This document shows positions 1 through 13,424 of a stretch of 64,000 bases of DNA, piece after piece. The notes under the pieces are model-generated. The model did no database searches. It had not been told where the DNA came from and worked only from the letters and a program-made list of their open reading frames with translations. The stretch is from the NCBI GenBank assembly GCA_963810095.1, contig CAWEMM010000007.1, positions 480,001 through 544,000 of the forward strand, read 5' to 3'. Source of the stretch: an uncultured Chloroflexia bacterium (GTDB taxonomy: Bacteria; Chloroflexota; Anaerolineae; CG2-30-64-16). Numbering within the stretch: the first letter of the stretch is position 1; each line of letters starts with the position of its first letter. Position numbers and translations under genes: made by a program.

Positions 1-1971
1 ACGCTGGCCAATGGCGCCACCAACATGGCGCCGGGCCAATATGGCACGGGCGCAACGCAGGAGATCGGGAACGTGCGGCCGACCAGTGCGGCCGGCTGGG
101 GTCGCGTCAACCTGGAGAACAGCCTGTTCCCGACGAGCCCGCGCGTCATGCAGTATGCGGACGAGAAGGCGGGCTTGACGACGGGCGGCAGCAAGACGTT
201 CTCCTACGACGTCACCAGCTCGGCGCAGCCGCTGCGTGTGTCGCTCGCGTGGACGGACTATCCGGGCTCCGCGGCGGCCGGGGGCGGCCTGGTGGACGAC
301 CTGGACCTGCAGGTGGTGGCCCCGGGCGGCACGACCTACTACCCGAACAACGCCAACTCCCGGGCTCCCGTGCAGCAGCTCTCGTACAACAACGGGTTCG
401 GGACCGCAGACAATTACTGGAGCGCGGGCAAGCGGGTCGCAGTCCGCTTCACCCCGACCAGCTACCCCGCCGACCTGCAGCTGGCCCGGATGCTGATCGG
501 CGCGAAGCTCACCTCCGACTTCCCTAAGACGTTCAACTGGTACGTGTGGAGCGGCACGGCCAGCGGACCCACGACGCAGCTGGCGACCGGCACTGCGACC
601 ATTCGCGACTATGCCTGGCTGACGCTCGACCTGGCGTCGAAGAACATCCGCATCAACAGCGGCGACTTCTTCGTCGGGTTCCAGCTTCCCGATGCAAACA
701 TGGTGTGGGCCACCGATGGCAGCGCCCCGGTCGACGGCCGGAGCTGGGATTTCGACGGCTCGAGCTGGGCGAATTGGACGCAAGACGACTATATGATCGA
801 CGCCGTCATGACGGGCACGATCCCGAGCACCCCGCACGACCGGGTCAACAACCTGCAGGGCATCGACATCGCCAGCCCGGCGGTAGGCAACTACAAGATT
901 ATCGTCAGCGGCTACAACGTGCCGCGCGGCCCGCAGCCGTATGCCCTTGTGGTGTCGGGTGCGATCAAGGCGCCCCCGCCGCCCGTCCTGGGTTACAAGC
1001 GCTTCCTGCCACTCGTCCAATACCAACTGCCGCCTTTGCCCGATGCGCCGGCGCTGAACCCGATCGACAATGCGGGCAACGACGGCAATTACACGGTGAC
1101 GTGGAATGTGGCGCGGTTCGCGACGGGTTACACGCTTGAAGAGGGCACGGACCCGTCCTTCTCGGCGCCGTCCACGGTCTACGATGGGCCGAATCTCAAC
1201 TGGACGACGACCGGCCACACGCCGGGCACCTTCTTCTACCGGGTGCGGGCCAAGAACACCGCCGGGAATGGCGGCTGGAGCAACACGCAATCGGTGACTG
1301 TCGCCAACCTCAATCTGCCGACCCGCCTTAACTCGGCGGCCGACGCGACCGTGCTGTCGAGCGCCGGGGGGACGAATTACGGCGCCTTTTCCGACATGCT
1401 GGCCGGGTACAACGACTGCATCACCTCGCCCCCGCCCGGCGTGTTCCGCTCGCTTGTCAAATTCGATCTCAGTGCAATTCCGGCCAATACGCCGATCACC
1501 TCGGCGCGATTGTCGGTGTACCTGATCGAAAGCTGCGACTTTCCAGACAGAACCCGCACTGTGACGCCCTATCGGGCCGGCGCTTCCTGGTCTGAAACGG
1601 GGGTCACGTGGAGCAGCCAGCCCCCGATTGGGGAGTCGTACGGCAGTGTGGACGTGCCGAGCCGCATCTGGCAGCGATACTCGATGGACGTGACGGGGCT
1701 CGTGCGCGGGTGGATCAACGGGTCATTCCCGAACAACGGCCTGGTGCTGCGCTCGGTGGAAACCGTCAGCAGCGACAGCGGTTCGGTCGGCTTTGGCACC
1801 CGCGAGGGCAGCGCAACCTACATCCCGTACCTCGACATCACCTATCCGGGCGGCAGCCCTGCGGTGACGGCGGAACAGCCGGTGGCCCCGGCAAGCTGCG
1901 GCAACACGGTGTTCGAACTGTTCGCTAAGTCGGATACGGCTAAGTCGTCCCGGGGGTGCGTGACGCCGTAA
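1..1971 (+). CDS. S8 (subtilisin-family) serine peptidase, C-terminal part, with Fn3 and DNRLRE-like domains; 5' truncated by window edge
   Basis: Frame open from base 1. GWGRVNL, LRVSLAWTDYPG and DDLDL are typical post-catalytic subtilase segments. Fn3-like YTVTW...FFYRVRAKN. DNRLRE-like RSLVKFDLSAIP...WSETGVTW...DVTGLVRGW. Confidence 0.8.
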   Translation, partial: TLANGATNMAPGQYGTGATQEIGNVRPTSAAGWGRVNLENSLFPTSPRVMQYADEKAGLTTGGSKTFSYDVTSSAQPLRVSLAWTDYPGSAAAGGGLVDDLDLQVVAPGGTTYYPNNANSRAPVQQLSYNNGFGTADNYWSAGKRVAVRFTPTSYPADLQLARMLIGAKLTSDFPKTFNWYVWSGTASGPTTQLATGTATIRDYAWLTLDLASKNIRINSGDFFVGFQLPDANMVWATDGSAPVDGRSWDFDGSSWANWTQDDYMIDAVMTGTIPSTPHDRVNNLQGIDIASPAVGNYKIIVSGYNVPRGPQPYALVVSGAIKAPPPPVLGYKRFLPLVQYQLPPLPDAPALNPIDNAGNDGNYTVTWNVARFATGYTLEEGTDPSFSAPSTVYDGPNLNWTTTGHTPGTFFYRVRAKNTAGNGGWSNTQSVTVANLNLPTRLNSAADATVLSSAGGTNYGAFSDMLAGYNDCITSPPPGVFRSLVKFDLSAIPANTPITSARLSVYLIESCDFPDRTRTVTPYRAGASWSETGVTWSSQPPIGESYGSVDVPSRIWQRYSMDVTGLVRGWINGSFPNNGLVLRSVETVSSDSGSVGFGTREGSATYIPYLDITYPGGSPAVTAEQPVAPASCGNTVFELFAKSDTAKSSRGCVTP

Positions 1972-1998
1972 ACGCCGGACGGTTCCTGCGTTCCCTGT

Positions 1999-2042
1999 GA
2001 GTGGCAGGTGCGGGCGAAGCCCGCACCTGCCACTCCTTAATT
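1999..2042 (+). terminator. Hairpin terminator after S8 peptidase
   Basis: GAGTGGCAGGTGCGGGC-GAA-GCCCGCACCTGCCACTC inverted repeat followed by CTTAATTT. Confidence 0.65.
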
Positions 2043-2116
2043 TGGGATAAAGTTTGGGAAACGAGTTGCGAAATTATGTGCTAGGATAGACCGGCGAGAC
2101 CATTCCTGGGGAGACC

Positions 2117-2361
2117 ATGATGCCTGAGGCTGACAAGCCGCTCACGTTGGATGACCTGCCGCCCAAGATACGCCAGGACTTTCTGGACCAGTGTGCCAGG
2201 CTGCCCCCGAGTTCAAATACGGGAACCTGCGCGAGACGAAGTACGGTTGGGCGCTCTCGATCTACGACGCGAGCGGGAACTATGGCGGCGAGATTGGCAT
2301 CCTGCGCGACCAGCCAGAGAACCCTAACCCCCCCTGGCTCCACCGCAGCAGCCCACTTTAG
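2117..2361 (+). CDS. Small hypothetical protein (~81 aa), frameshifted in a C run near 2205
   Basis: GGGGAG RBS then ATG 2117. Adding one C gives MMPEADK...ARLPPEFKYGNLRETKYGWALSIYDASGNYGGEIGILRDQPENPNPPWLHRSSPL* with GC-rich third positions. Confidence 0.5.
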
Positions 2362-2495
2362 GCACAGTCAGGGCACGGTCGCAGGCCGGCCCTCGCATTC
2401 GGATGTTGCGATGCCCCTCAACTCGAAGCAACCTGCACAAACTCCGTGCGTAGTAGTCCGCAAGAACACAGTTCAGGGAGAGGAGAGGGCGAGAG

Positions 2496-3101
2496 ATGAG
2501 CCACGGGATTTTGGTGGCCTACGCCAGCAACGCCGGCTCGACGTCGGAAGTGGCGAAGGTGATCGGTGAAGAACTGGGTCATGCGGGCGCCGCCGTCGAG
2601 GTGCGGCCTATCAGCGAGCTGAGCGCCGCGGACGTGAGCAAATACGCGGCCGTGGTCGTGGGTGCGCCGATGATCCTCGGCTGGCACCGGGACGCCGAGC
2701 GCTTCCTGAAGAAGAACCGGAACGCGCTGGCACAGGTGCCCACCGCTATTTTTGCCACTGCGGCCACGCTGACCAAGACCGACGAGCCCAAGCGCGGGAG
2801 CGCGCCGATCTACGTGGACCCCAAGCTGCCCAAGCCGCCGCATAACCCCGGTCGCCTGGGGCTCAAGGAACGTTACGCACGGCTCAACAACTACGTCGGG
2901 CCGATCCTGAAGAGCGCAGGGCCGGTGCGGCCCGTCAGCATCGCCTTCTTCGGCGGCAAGATCGACTTCGGCCGTCTGAAGTTCCTGCAGATGCTCTTCG
3001 TGATGCTGATCGTGGGGGCACAGCCGGGCGACTACCGCAACTGGGAGGCCATCCGCGGCTGGGCTCGTGACGTGCGCCCAAAGCTGATGGGGCAGGAATA
3101 G
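2496..3101 (+). CDS. Flavodoxin-domain protein (HemG/Flavodoxin_5-like)
   Basis: ILVAYASNAGSTSEVAKVIG FMN-binding loop, AVVVGAP, C-terminal GDYRNWEAIRGWA. Confidence 0.8.
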   Translation: MSHGILVAYASNAGSTSEVAKVIGEELGHAGAAVEVRPISELSAADVSKYAAVVVGAPMILGWHRDAERFLKKNRNALAQVPTAIFATAATLTKTDEPKRGSAPIYVDPKLPKPPHNPGRLGLKERYARLNNYVGPILKSAGPVRPVSIAFFGGKIDFGRLKFLQMLFVMLIVGAQPGDYRNWEAIRGWARDVRPKLMGQE

Positions 3102-3115
3102 CGCACAGGCAGGTC

Positions 3116-3160
3116 AAAAAAGCCCCCGGCTTCTCGAAGAAGCCGGGGGCTTTTTTGTTT
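3116..3160. terminator. Bidirectional intrinsic terminator / REP-like hairpin between convergent genes
   Basis: AAAAAAGCCCCCGGCTTCT-CGA-AGAAGCCGGGGGCTTTTTT. Confidence 0.85.
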
Positions 3161-3632
3161 ACTTGGGGCACTGGCCGATCATGCGTGCGACGAAGCCATG
3201 CATCTTATGGAAGAACGGCGACTGGGGTAGGAACATGTAGGGGCAGTAGCCCGGGACGACAGAGATGCCGTGCTCCTGGCAGTACGCAATCGCGGCCGCG
3301 TTCTCGTTCGAGCGGTCGCTGACCCCGTAGAACCAGACGTGCTTCACACCGGCCTCGGCGCAGTCGTGCACGATCTGCTCGTTAAGGCCCGGCGCGGTGA
3401 GCAGCAGCGCCGCATCGACGCCCGGCTCGATCTCCTTCACGGTGGCATACGCCCGCACGCCGCCGATCTCGGTCGCGTTCGGGGTGACCGGCACCGCGTC
3501 ATACCCCCACTGCCGGATATCCGTGAACAATCGCTGGCCGAATTCTTTGGGATCGCGCGACACGCCGACGACGGCCAAACGGGGCGCGGCCCAAAATGCG
3601 TCAATTTCCTGGCGAACTGGTGAAGTGCTCAT
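3159..3632 (-). CDS. CoA-binding protein (YccU-like)
   Basis: LAVVGVSRDPKEFG, AVPVTP, GVKHVWF and CPYMFL motifs. Confidence 0.85.
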   Translation of the reverse strand: MSTSPVRQEIDAFWAAPRLAVVGVSRDPKEFGQRLFTDIRQWGYDAVPVTPNATEIGGVRAYATVKEIEPGVDAALLLTAPGLNEQIVHDCAEAGVKHVWFYGVSDRSNENAAAIAYCQEHGISVVPGYCPYMFLPQSPFFHKMHGFVARMIGQCPK

Positions 3633-3716
3633 TGGGTTCTTCCTCCTGCTTAACCTCTACGCAGGACGGGCCCGCGTGTTGCATCCGATGCGCGCGCGGG
3701 TGGTCTCCTCGCGGCG

Positions 3717-5027
3717 TCATGGCGCCGGGATCGGGGATGTCATCAGGCTCCCGAACGTGTTTGACGTGTAGAACGGCTGGCGGATGCCGGCGGACCACGC
3801 CTTCGCCGACTCAGCCGTCTCAAAGCGCCAGTCGTACGCGCCGTCCTGGAAATGATAGTAAACCTGCGCCCGCACCTGCGGATAGCGCGCGGGCAGCTGG
3901 ACCGTCAGCGCATCGGTGAACCAGTCAGCCCGCCGGCCCGCACCGTCGACCGAGCCCCATTCGCCGATCATCAGGGGCTTGGTGTGGCCGGCGTCGATGA
4001 CCTGCGACGTGACGATCTTGTCGTAGGCGTAGCCGAAAACCTGGTCGAAGGTCAGCCACGGCTCATTGCGGTTGTACCCGTCGAGACAGGTCCAATCCAC
4101 GTAGTCGTCGCCGGGCCACAGCGACTCGAAGCTCGGCCACGTCGAGCCCTGGTAATCCACGTTCGGGCACCAGATAAAGGTCGCATTCGTCGCGTTGATC
4201 TCGGGCCGGCGGAAGATATCCACGATGTGGCGCCAGGCCTTGACGAAATCGCCCGACTTGTTGCCGTTCTGCGACTCCTGCCAGGGATAGCTCCAGTTGC
4301 CGTTCATCTCGTGCATCAGCCGCAGAAAGACGGGCGCGCCGCCCTGCCACGCCTTCAGGCCCTGCGCAAAGCGGATGATGTAGTCGTCGTGCAGGCCGTT
4401 GTAGATCTCGCTGAGCTGCCATTTGAAGTTGCCCTTCTCGGGCGTCCACGAAATCATCGGAATCGAGCCGTGGGCACGGATGTTGTCGAGCGGCGCCACA
4501 GACCAGGCAAACTCGCGGTAGCCGGTGCTCGAGCCCGTGTCGCCCCAGAAGTGGCCGTAGTTCACGATGCTGGCGTGCTTCTTAAGGCCGGGGTCGACCT
4601 CCGGATAGAGCGCAACGTTGGCCTCCCAGTTGTCGAGGATCGACATGTCCCAGGGGACGCCGGACAGGTTAACGCCCCAATAGATCGACGGCGCCGAGCC
4701 CGGAGGAGGCGTGCCGGTCGGGGTGGGCGACGGGCCCTCGGTGGGTGTATCGGACGGCACGGGGGTATTCGTCGGCGTCGCAGTATCCGCCGGCGTCGGA
4801 GTCAGCGTGGGCGTGCGGGTGGGAGCCGGCGTGCGGGTCGGCGCGGCGGTTTTGGTGGGTTTCGGCGTGTTCGGGCCGGGCTTGGCGCCCTGAGCGCCGG
4901 ACCCAGCCGAAGCTTCAATCACGGCGGCCTGGACAGCGCTGCCGTGTGGGAGGAGCGGACCGAGCGCGGGCCATCCCAGCAGGGACAGCGCGAGCAGGGT
5001 GAGCAGGAGGCGGGTCTTCGCCTTCAT
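3717..5027 (-). CDS. Secreted glycoside hydrolase family 26 (beta-mannanase-like) with Pro/Thr linker
   Basis: Signal peptide MKAKTRLLLTLLAL, PT-rich linker, FLRLMHEMNGNW (acid/base Glu), WPGDDYVDW.LDGYN, KPLMIGEWG (nucleophile). Confidence 0.85.
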   Translation of the reverse strand: MKAKTRLLLTLLALSLLGWPALGPLLPHGSAVQAAVIEASAGSGAQGAKPGPNTPKPTKTAAPTRTPAPTRTPTLTPTPADTATPTNTPVPSDTPTEGPSPTPTGTPPPGSAPSIYWGVNLSGVPWDMSILDNWEANVALYPEVDPGLKKHASIVNYGHFWGDTGSSTGYREFAWSVAPLDNIRAHGSIPMISWTPEKGNFKWQLSEIYNGLHDDYIIRFAQGLKAWQGGAPVFLRLMHEMNGNWSYPWQESQNGNKSGDFVKAWRHIVDIFRRPEINATNATFIWCPNVDYQGSTWPSFESLWPGDDYVDWTCLDGYNRNEPWLTFDQVFGYAYDKIVTSQVIDAGHTKPLMIGEWGSVDGAGRRADWFTDALTVQLPARYPQVRAQVYYHFQDGAYDWRFETAESAKAWSAGIRQPFYTSNTFGSLMTSPIPAP

Positions 5028-5494
5028 GGGGGAGGGACCTCCGGCGCGCCGTGTGGGCGGCGCGCGAGAAACCGGGGCTCTCCCAAGGAGCTGACGCAAT
5101 CGGTGAAGGGTGCGCGATGAGTAGGGAGCGCCGTGTCGGCAACCGCCCCGCGATGCGAGACTGGTTACCGTCGACTGCAGATCGCAGGTCGCAGCACCAT
5201 GTCTGTGTGGGAGGACGGCTCGGCGCGAACGGTGGCGGGCAACCCGACCGGGCGTGTGCGCCCGAGCAACTCACAGATCGATGGGCGTAGGCAGGTCGTG
5301 CCTGCGTGCGGCAAACTGCGAAGGACCAGTATTCTCTTGAGTTCTAAGGTTTGCAGGAGCTCGGCCGGAATGAGGGTGCGAGCTTAGGTAAATCTGATCC
5401 TACTGTAGCACCGATGGACCACATTTGCAAATGTTGTGCGCCAGGTTGTTTGCATAATTCGCGGAGCGAGTCAAGCGCGTATCCGGCGTGCGGC

Positions 5495-5529
5495 GGGGTC
5501 GAGCGGAAGCAACGCTTCCGCTCGACCCC
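5495..5529. terminator. GC-rich hairpin downstream of the GH13 gene
   Basis: GGGGTCGAGCGGAAGC-AAC-GCTTCCGCTCGACCCC, 16 nt after the stop codon; no clear U-tract. Confidence 0.5.
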
Positions 5530-5545
5530 GGAGCGTCTCAAGCGG

Positions 5546-9788
<4,243 letters not shown>

Positions 9789-9926
9789 ACATTACTCCTC
9801 GTTAAGTAACATCGGTGGCAGGCGGTCATTGGGGTATGTGCTGGAACAGTTATATCTCACAAATGTGCAGGAAGCAAGGGCGCACGCGTAAGTGCAAACA
9901 CAGTTAGCCTGTTGAGCATGACGCTC

Positions 9927-10041
9927 GGCACCCTTCGACTGCGGGCGCTCCTCCGGACCGCCCTCCGCTCAGGCTGCCTCACGGGCAGGCATCCTGAGCG
10001 GAGGCACCAGCGCAGCTGGCGTGCCGCAGTCGAAGGATGCG
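9927..10041. repeat. REP-like palindromic element, family A (CCTTCGACT...CTCAGG / CCTGAGCG...AGTCGAAGG)
   Basis: Terminal inverted repeats CCTTCGACTGCG / CGCAGTCGAAGG. Related copies at 14610, 19594-19944 and 44775. Confidence 0.85.
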
Positions 10042-10163
10042 AGCCGACAGAATGAGTGTGCTTGTACTCAGGCGCTGCCCCTTTGGCGTACGCCTTGACG
10101 CCGGCGGCGCCATGGGGGAGAATGCCCCATCACACGAGCCGTAGCCCAGTGGGAGGATTGCCC

Positions 10164-10781
10164 ATGAGTCAGACAGTCTCGCCGTTTGAGGGCGCGGGGC
10201 GGGAGTTCAGCGGCGAGGACTTCAAGAACCTCGACCTGGCCCGGGCGCGGCTGGCAGGGCACACGTTCGAGTCGTGCACCTTCACCAGGTGCACGGTGCG
10301 CGAAGCCGTGTTCGACAAGTGCCGGTTCGCGGGCTGTACGTTCCGCAAGTGCGACCTCGCGCTGGTGCACGTGGAGGGCTGCACGTTTGCCGATACGACG
10401 TTCGAGGATTGCCAGCTGGCCGGGGTGAACTGGAGCGAGATGGCCGCGGCAAAGAGTCTGCTGCGCCCGCCCTTCTATTTTGTGGGCTGCGCGCTCAGTC
10501 ACTCGCTCTTCATGGGGCTGAAGCTGAAGGGGATCAAGCTGGCGAAGTGCGTCGCGCGGGACGTCGATTTCTCCGACTGCGACCTGACGCGGGCCAACCT
10601 GAGCGGGACCGACTTCGACGGCAGCCGCTTCTCGCACACCAACCTGACCGAAGCCGACTTCACCGGCGCGACGAACTACGCCATTTCCGCCACGCTGAAC
10701 ACGCTCAAGAAGACCAAGTTCTCGCTGCCCGAGGCGATCTCGCTCCTGCACAACCTCGACATCATCCTGGAAGACGAGTAA
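10164..10781 (+). CDS. Pentapeptide-repeat protein
   Basis: Tandem (A/C)(D/T)F-x-x pentapeptides; GGAGG RBS before ATG 10164. Confidence 0.9.
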   Translation: MSQTVSPFEGAGREFSGEDFKNLDLARARLAGHTFESCTFTRCTVREAVFDKCRFAGCTFRKCDLALVHVEGCTFADTTFEDCQLAGVNWSEMAAAKSLLRPPFYFVGCALSHSLFMGLKLKGIKLAKCVARDVDFSDCDLTRANLSGTDFDGSRFSHTNLTEADFTGATNYAISATLNTLKKTKFSLPEAISLLHNLDIILEDE

Positions 10782-10982
10782 GGCCCGAGAGCGCCGAGCC
10801 CCAGTTCGGCACAAGCGTGGGCTGCTACCCCGGCATCCCAGGACCAGCACAGCGAGCCAATCAGCCCATCAAGACGTATGCTGCTGTGCAACTCCTTGGA
10901 TGCGCCTTACAGAACACCTTGACGAATGACAGTACGATATCAACAGCACTGAGTGAGTCGGGACGAGTGGAGGAGTTGAGGA

Positions 10983-11726
10983 ATGGCAGAAGCACTGATC
11001 GCCCTTGTGACGTTGACGGTTCTCGAGATTGTGTTGGGGATTGACAACATCGTTTTTATTTCGATTATGGCAGGTAAGCTGCCCGCAGCCCAGCAGCCAA
11101 AGGCGCGGCGATTGGGCCTGGCGATGGCGCTGATCACGCGCGTTCTACTCTTGCTGTCGCTGGCCTGGGTGGTCCGCCTGACGGACCCGCTCTTTGCGGT
11201 GCTCGGTTTTGAGATATCGGGGCGAGACTTGATCCTCATCGTCGGCGGTCTCTTCTTGCTGGCAAAGAGCACGCACGAGATTCACCAGCGGCTGGAAGGC
11301 GGCGAAAGCGAGCATAAGGTGGCAGACAAGGCTGTCACGCTCTCGAGCGTGGTCATCCAGATTGGACTGCTCGACATCATCTTCTCGCTCGACTCGGTGA
11401 TTACCGCGGTCGGCATGGCCCAGCAGGTTTGGGTAATGATTACGGCGGTCGTCATTGCGATCGGCGTGATGATGCTCGCGGCCGGCAGAATCAGCGCGTT
11501 CGTCGACTCGCACCCGACGGTGAAGATGCTGGCGCTGAGCTTTCTGCTGTTGATCGGCTTTTCGCTGGTTGCCGAGGGGCTGGAGGCTCACATCCCGAAG
11601 GGCTACATCTACTTCGCGATGGCTTTCTCGGTTTTTGTCGAAATGCTCAACCTGCGGGCCAAGAACCGCAAACCGGTGCAGTTGCACCAGCCCTACGTCG
11701 CGAGAGCGGAGAAGGAAGCGGCCTGA
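10983..11726 (+). CDS. TerC family integral membrane protein
   Basis: LEIVLGIDNIVFISI, DIIFSLDSVITAVG and HIPKGYIYFAMAFS signatures. Confidence 0.93.
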   Translation: MAEALIALVTLTVLEIVLGIDNIVFISIMAGKLPAAQQPKARRLGLAMALITRVLLLLSLAWVVRLTDPLFAVLGFEISGRDLILIVGGLFLLAKSTHEIHQRLEGGESEHKVADKAVTLSSVVIQIGLLDIIFSLDSVITAVGMAQQVWVMITAVVIAIGVMMLAAGRISAFVDSHPTVKMLALSFLLLIGFSLVAEGLEAHIPKGYIYFAMAFSVFVEMLNLRAKNRKPVQLHQPYVARAEKEAA

Positions 11727-11762
11727 CCCCGGGAACGCCAAGCCCCAGCTCGGCGTTCCCGG
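11727..11762. repeat. Short REP-like hairpin (GCC(A/G)AGCCCCAG(C/T)TCGGC), second copy at ~10791-10811
   Basis: CCGGGAACGCCAAGCCCCAGCTCGGCGTTCCCGG immediately after the stop codon; a similar core follows the previous gene's stop. Confidence 0.55.
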
Positions 11763-11779
11763 AGTGACGGCGCCCGCCG

Positions 11780-12241
11780 TTACTCTGCCGCCATCCAGCG
11801 CCGCTCGTCGAACACCAGCCCGCTCCCCAGCAGCTGCTGGCGGATCGTCTCGGGGCTGACGTCGCCCACGATGCCGCGTTCGATCAGCTGCACCCGCAGC
11901 CGCTTGAGCGACCAGGCGTCGTATTCGAGGCCCAGCGAGCGCGGCTCGGTGGTCGCCAGCCCCACGATGGCCTCGCGCTGCTGCTTGCTGAACAGCTTGG
12001 GCCGGCCCGGCGAGCGCCGGGGCTGCAGCCCCTTGAGCCCGGCCTGGTCGAACCGGTGAATCCACTTCCGCACGTTGATCGGGTGCAGGTCGACCGCCGT
12101 GCCGATCTGGTGCACGCCCGTGCGCTGGGCCGACAGCAGGACGACCCGCGCCCGCCGTGCCAACTCCTCGTCCGAGCTGCGGGCGAGTTCTTCCAACTTA
12201 GTCTTTTCATCCGCCTTGAGCGGCCGAACATACAGTGCCAT
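11780..12241 (-). CDS. Stand-alone IS630-transposase-like HTH protein (no DDE domain)
   Basis: RRARVVLLSA...VRKWIHRFDQAGLKGL.PRRSPGRP...LGLEYDAWSL..L...VSPETIRQQL matches the IS630 N-terminal DNA-binding region; no catalytic ORF follows. Confidence 0.75.
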   Translation of the reverse strand: MALYVRPLKADEKTKLEELARSSDEELARRARVVLLSAQRTGVHQIGTAVDLHPINVRKWIHRFDQAGLKGLQPRRSPGRPKLFSKQQREAIVGLATTEPRSLGLEYDAWSLKRLRVQLIERGIVGDVSPETIRQQLLGSGLVFDERRWMAAE

Positions 12242-12524
12242 GTCACGTCTCCTGACAGTCAGCTTCGTTTTTGCTGGACCAACCCGGCGCTACTTACTGC
12301 GTGCTGCGCCAGTACACCTATCAAGACGTCGCGGCGCGACCAAAAGATACGGTATTATTCGTGAATTTCACACGAATTACGAAAATAGCTTATTTTTAAT
12401 GTCGGGTTTGCGCGTTCGGCCCTGCCGCCAGGTGTGTGGGACGGCCGGTGGGCGGGCCGGTTGGCGACCCAGCGGGCGTGTGCTAACATCGCGAGTCACC
12501 AATCCAACAGCGAGGTGCCGAACC

Positions 12525-13289
12525 TTGGATCACGATATTCTTGCGTTTCCCAAAGACCGGGCCGTCATTGTCGACGCGGGCCGGCTGGCCAGCCGGCGGC
12601 ACGTGGTGCATGGCTTGCTGGAAGTGGACGTGACCGCCGCCCGGGAACGGCTCCGTGCGGCCAAGGCGCGGGGTGAGGACCTGTCGTTTACCGCGTTTCT
12701 CGTGGCGTGTTTCGCGCATGCCATCGGCGCTAACCCGCGGGTGCAGGCAGTTCGCGACTGGCGGGGCCGGCTATGGCAGTTCCACGATGTGGACGTGTCG
12801 ATCCCGGTCGAGGCGGTGGCGGGGAGCGCGGCCATCCCACACATCGTGCGGGCGGCGAACCGCAAGACCCCCGCGGAGATCAGCGCGGAAATCCGGGCGG
12901 TGCAAGCCAGGCCGGAGAGCAGCGCACAGAAGGGCGGGCTCGTGGCAGTGGGTGCACACGCGCCCCGTGTGGCGCGCGACCTCTTCTACTGGGCCATCCG
13001 CCAGAACCCCGCCTGGCTGAAGCAGACCGCGGGCACGACGATCGTGACGTCGGTGGGCATGTTCGGGCAGGGCGGGGGCTGGGGATTGGGCTTCCTGCCC
13101 ATGCACACGCTCGGCCTGACCGTGGGCGGCATCAGCCAGAAGCCCCGGGTGGTGGCGGGCCAGGTCGTCGTGCGTGAGGTGCTCAACCTCACGCTGAGCC
13201 TGGATCACGACGTGGTCGACGGCGCGCCCGGCGCTCGGCTGGCCCGCAGCCTGGTCGAGAATATCGAGAGCGCCGCGCTGCTGGAGTAG
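12525..13289 (+). CDS. 2-oxo-acid dehydrogenase E2-like acyltransferase, catalytic domain only
   Basis: EVDVTA, LSFTAFLV, VTSVGMFG and LTLSLDHDVVDGAP motifs. Start uncertain; TTG 12525 follows GAGG. Confidence 0.8.
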   Translation: MDHDILAFPKDRAVIVDAGRLASRRHVVHGLLEVDVTAARERLRAAKARGEDLSFTAFLVACFAHAIGANPRVQAVRDWRGRLWQFHDVDVSIPVEAVAGSAAIPHIVRAANRKTPAEISAEIRAVQARPESSAQKGGLVAVGAHAPRVARDLFYWAIRQNPAWLKQTAGTTIVTSVGMFGQGGGWGLGFLPMHTLGLTVGGISQKPRVVAGQVVVREVLNLTLSLDHDVVDGAPGARLARSLVENIESAALLE

Positions 13290-13424
13290 GCGCGCGGCAG
13301 GCGGGTGGGGCCCGTCAGGCGCCCTTGCGGGTTGTCGCACAATCCAGGATGCGCTAGAATCCTTCCGGCGCAGGAATCGGTTCGACTGTTCCAGCGCCGC
13401 ATGTCGTTTACGCAGAGAGGCCCC

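Noticed and set aside
4700-4880. Low-complexity GGCGTGCGGGT repeats
   Set aside because: They encode the ordinary Pro/Thr linker of the GH26 enzyme.
10860-10982. yybP-ykoY (Mn2+) riboswitch upstream of terC
   Set aside because: Expected from context, but the conserved motifs could not be identified by eye.
11780-12241. Active IS630 element
   Set aside because: No DDE catalytic region in any downstream frame and no terminal inverted repeats.
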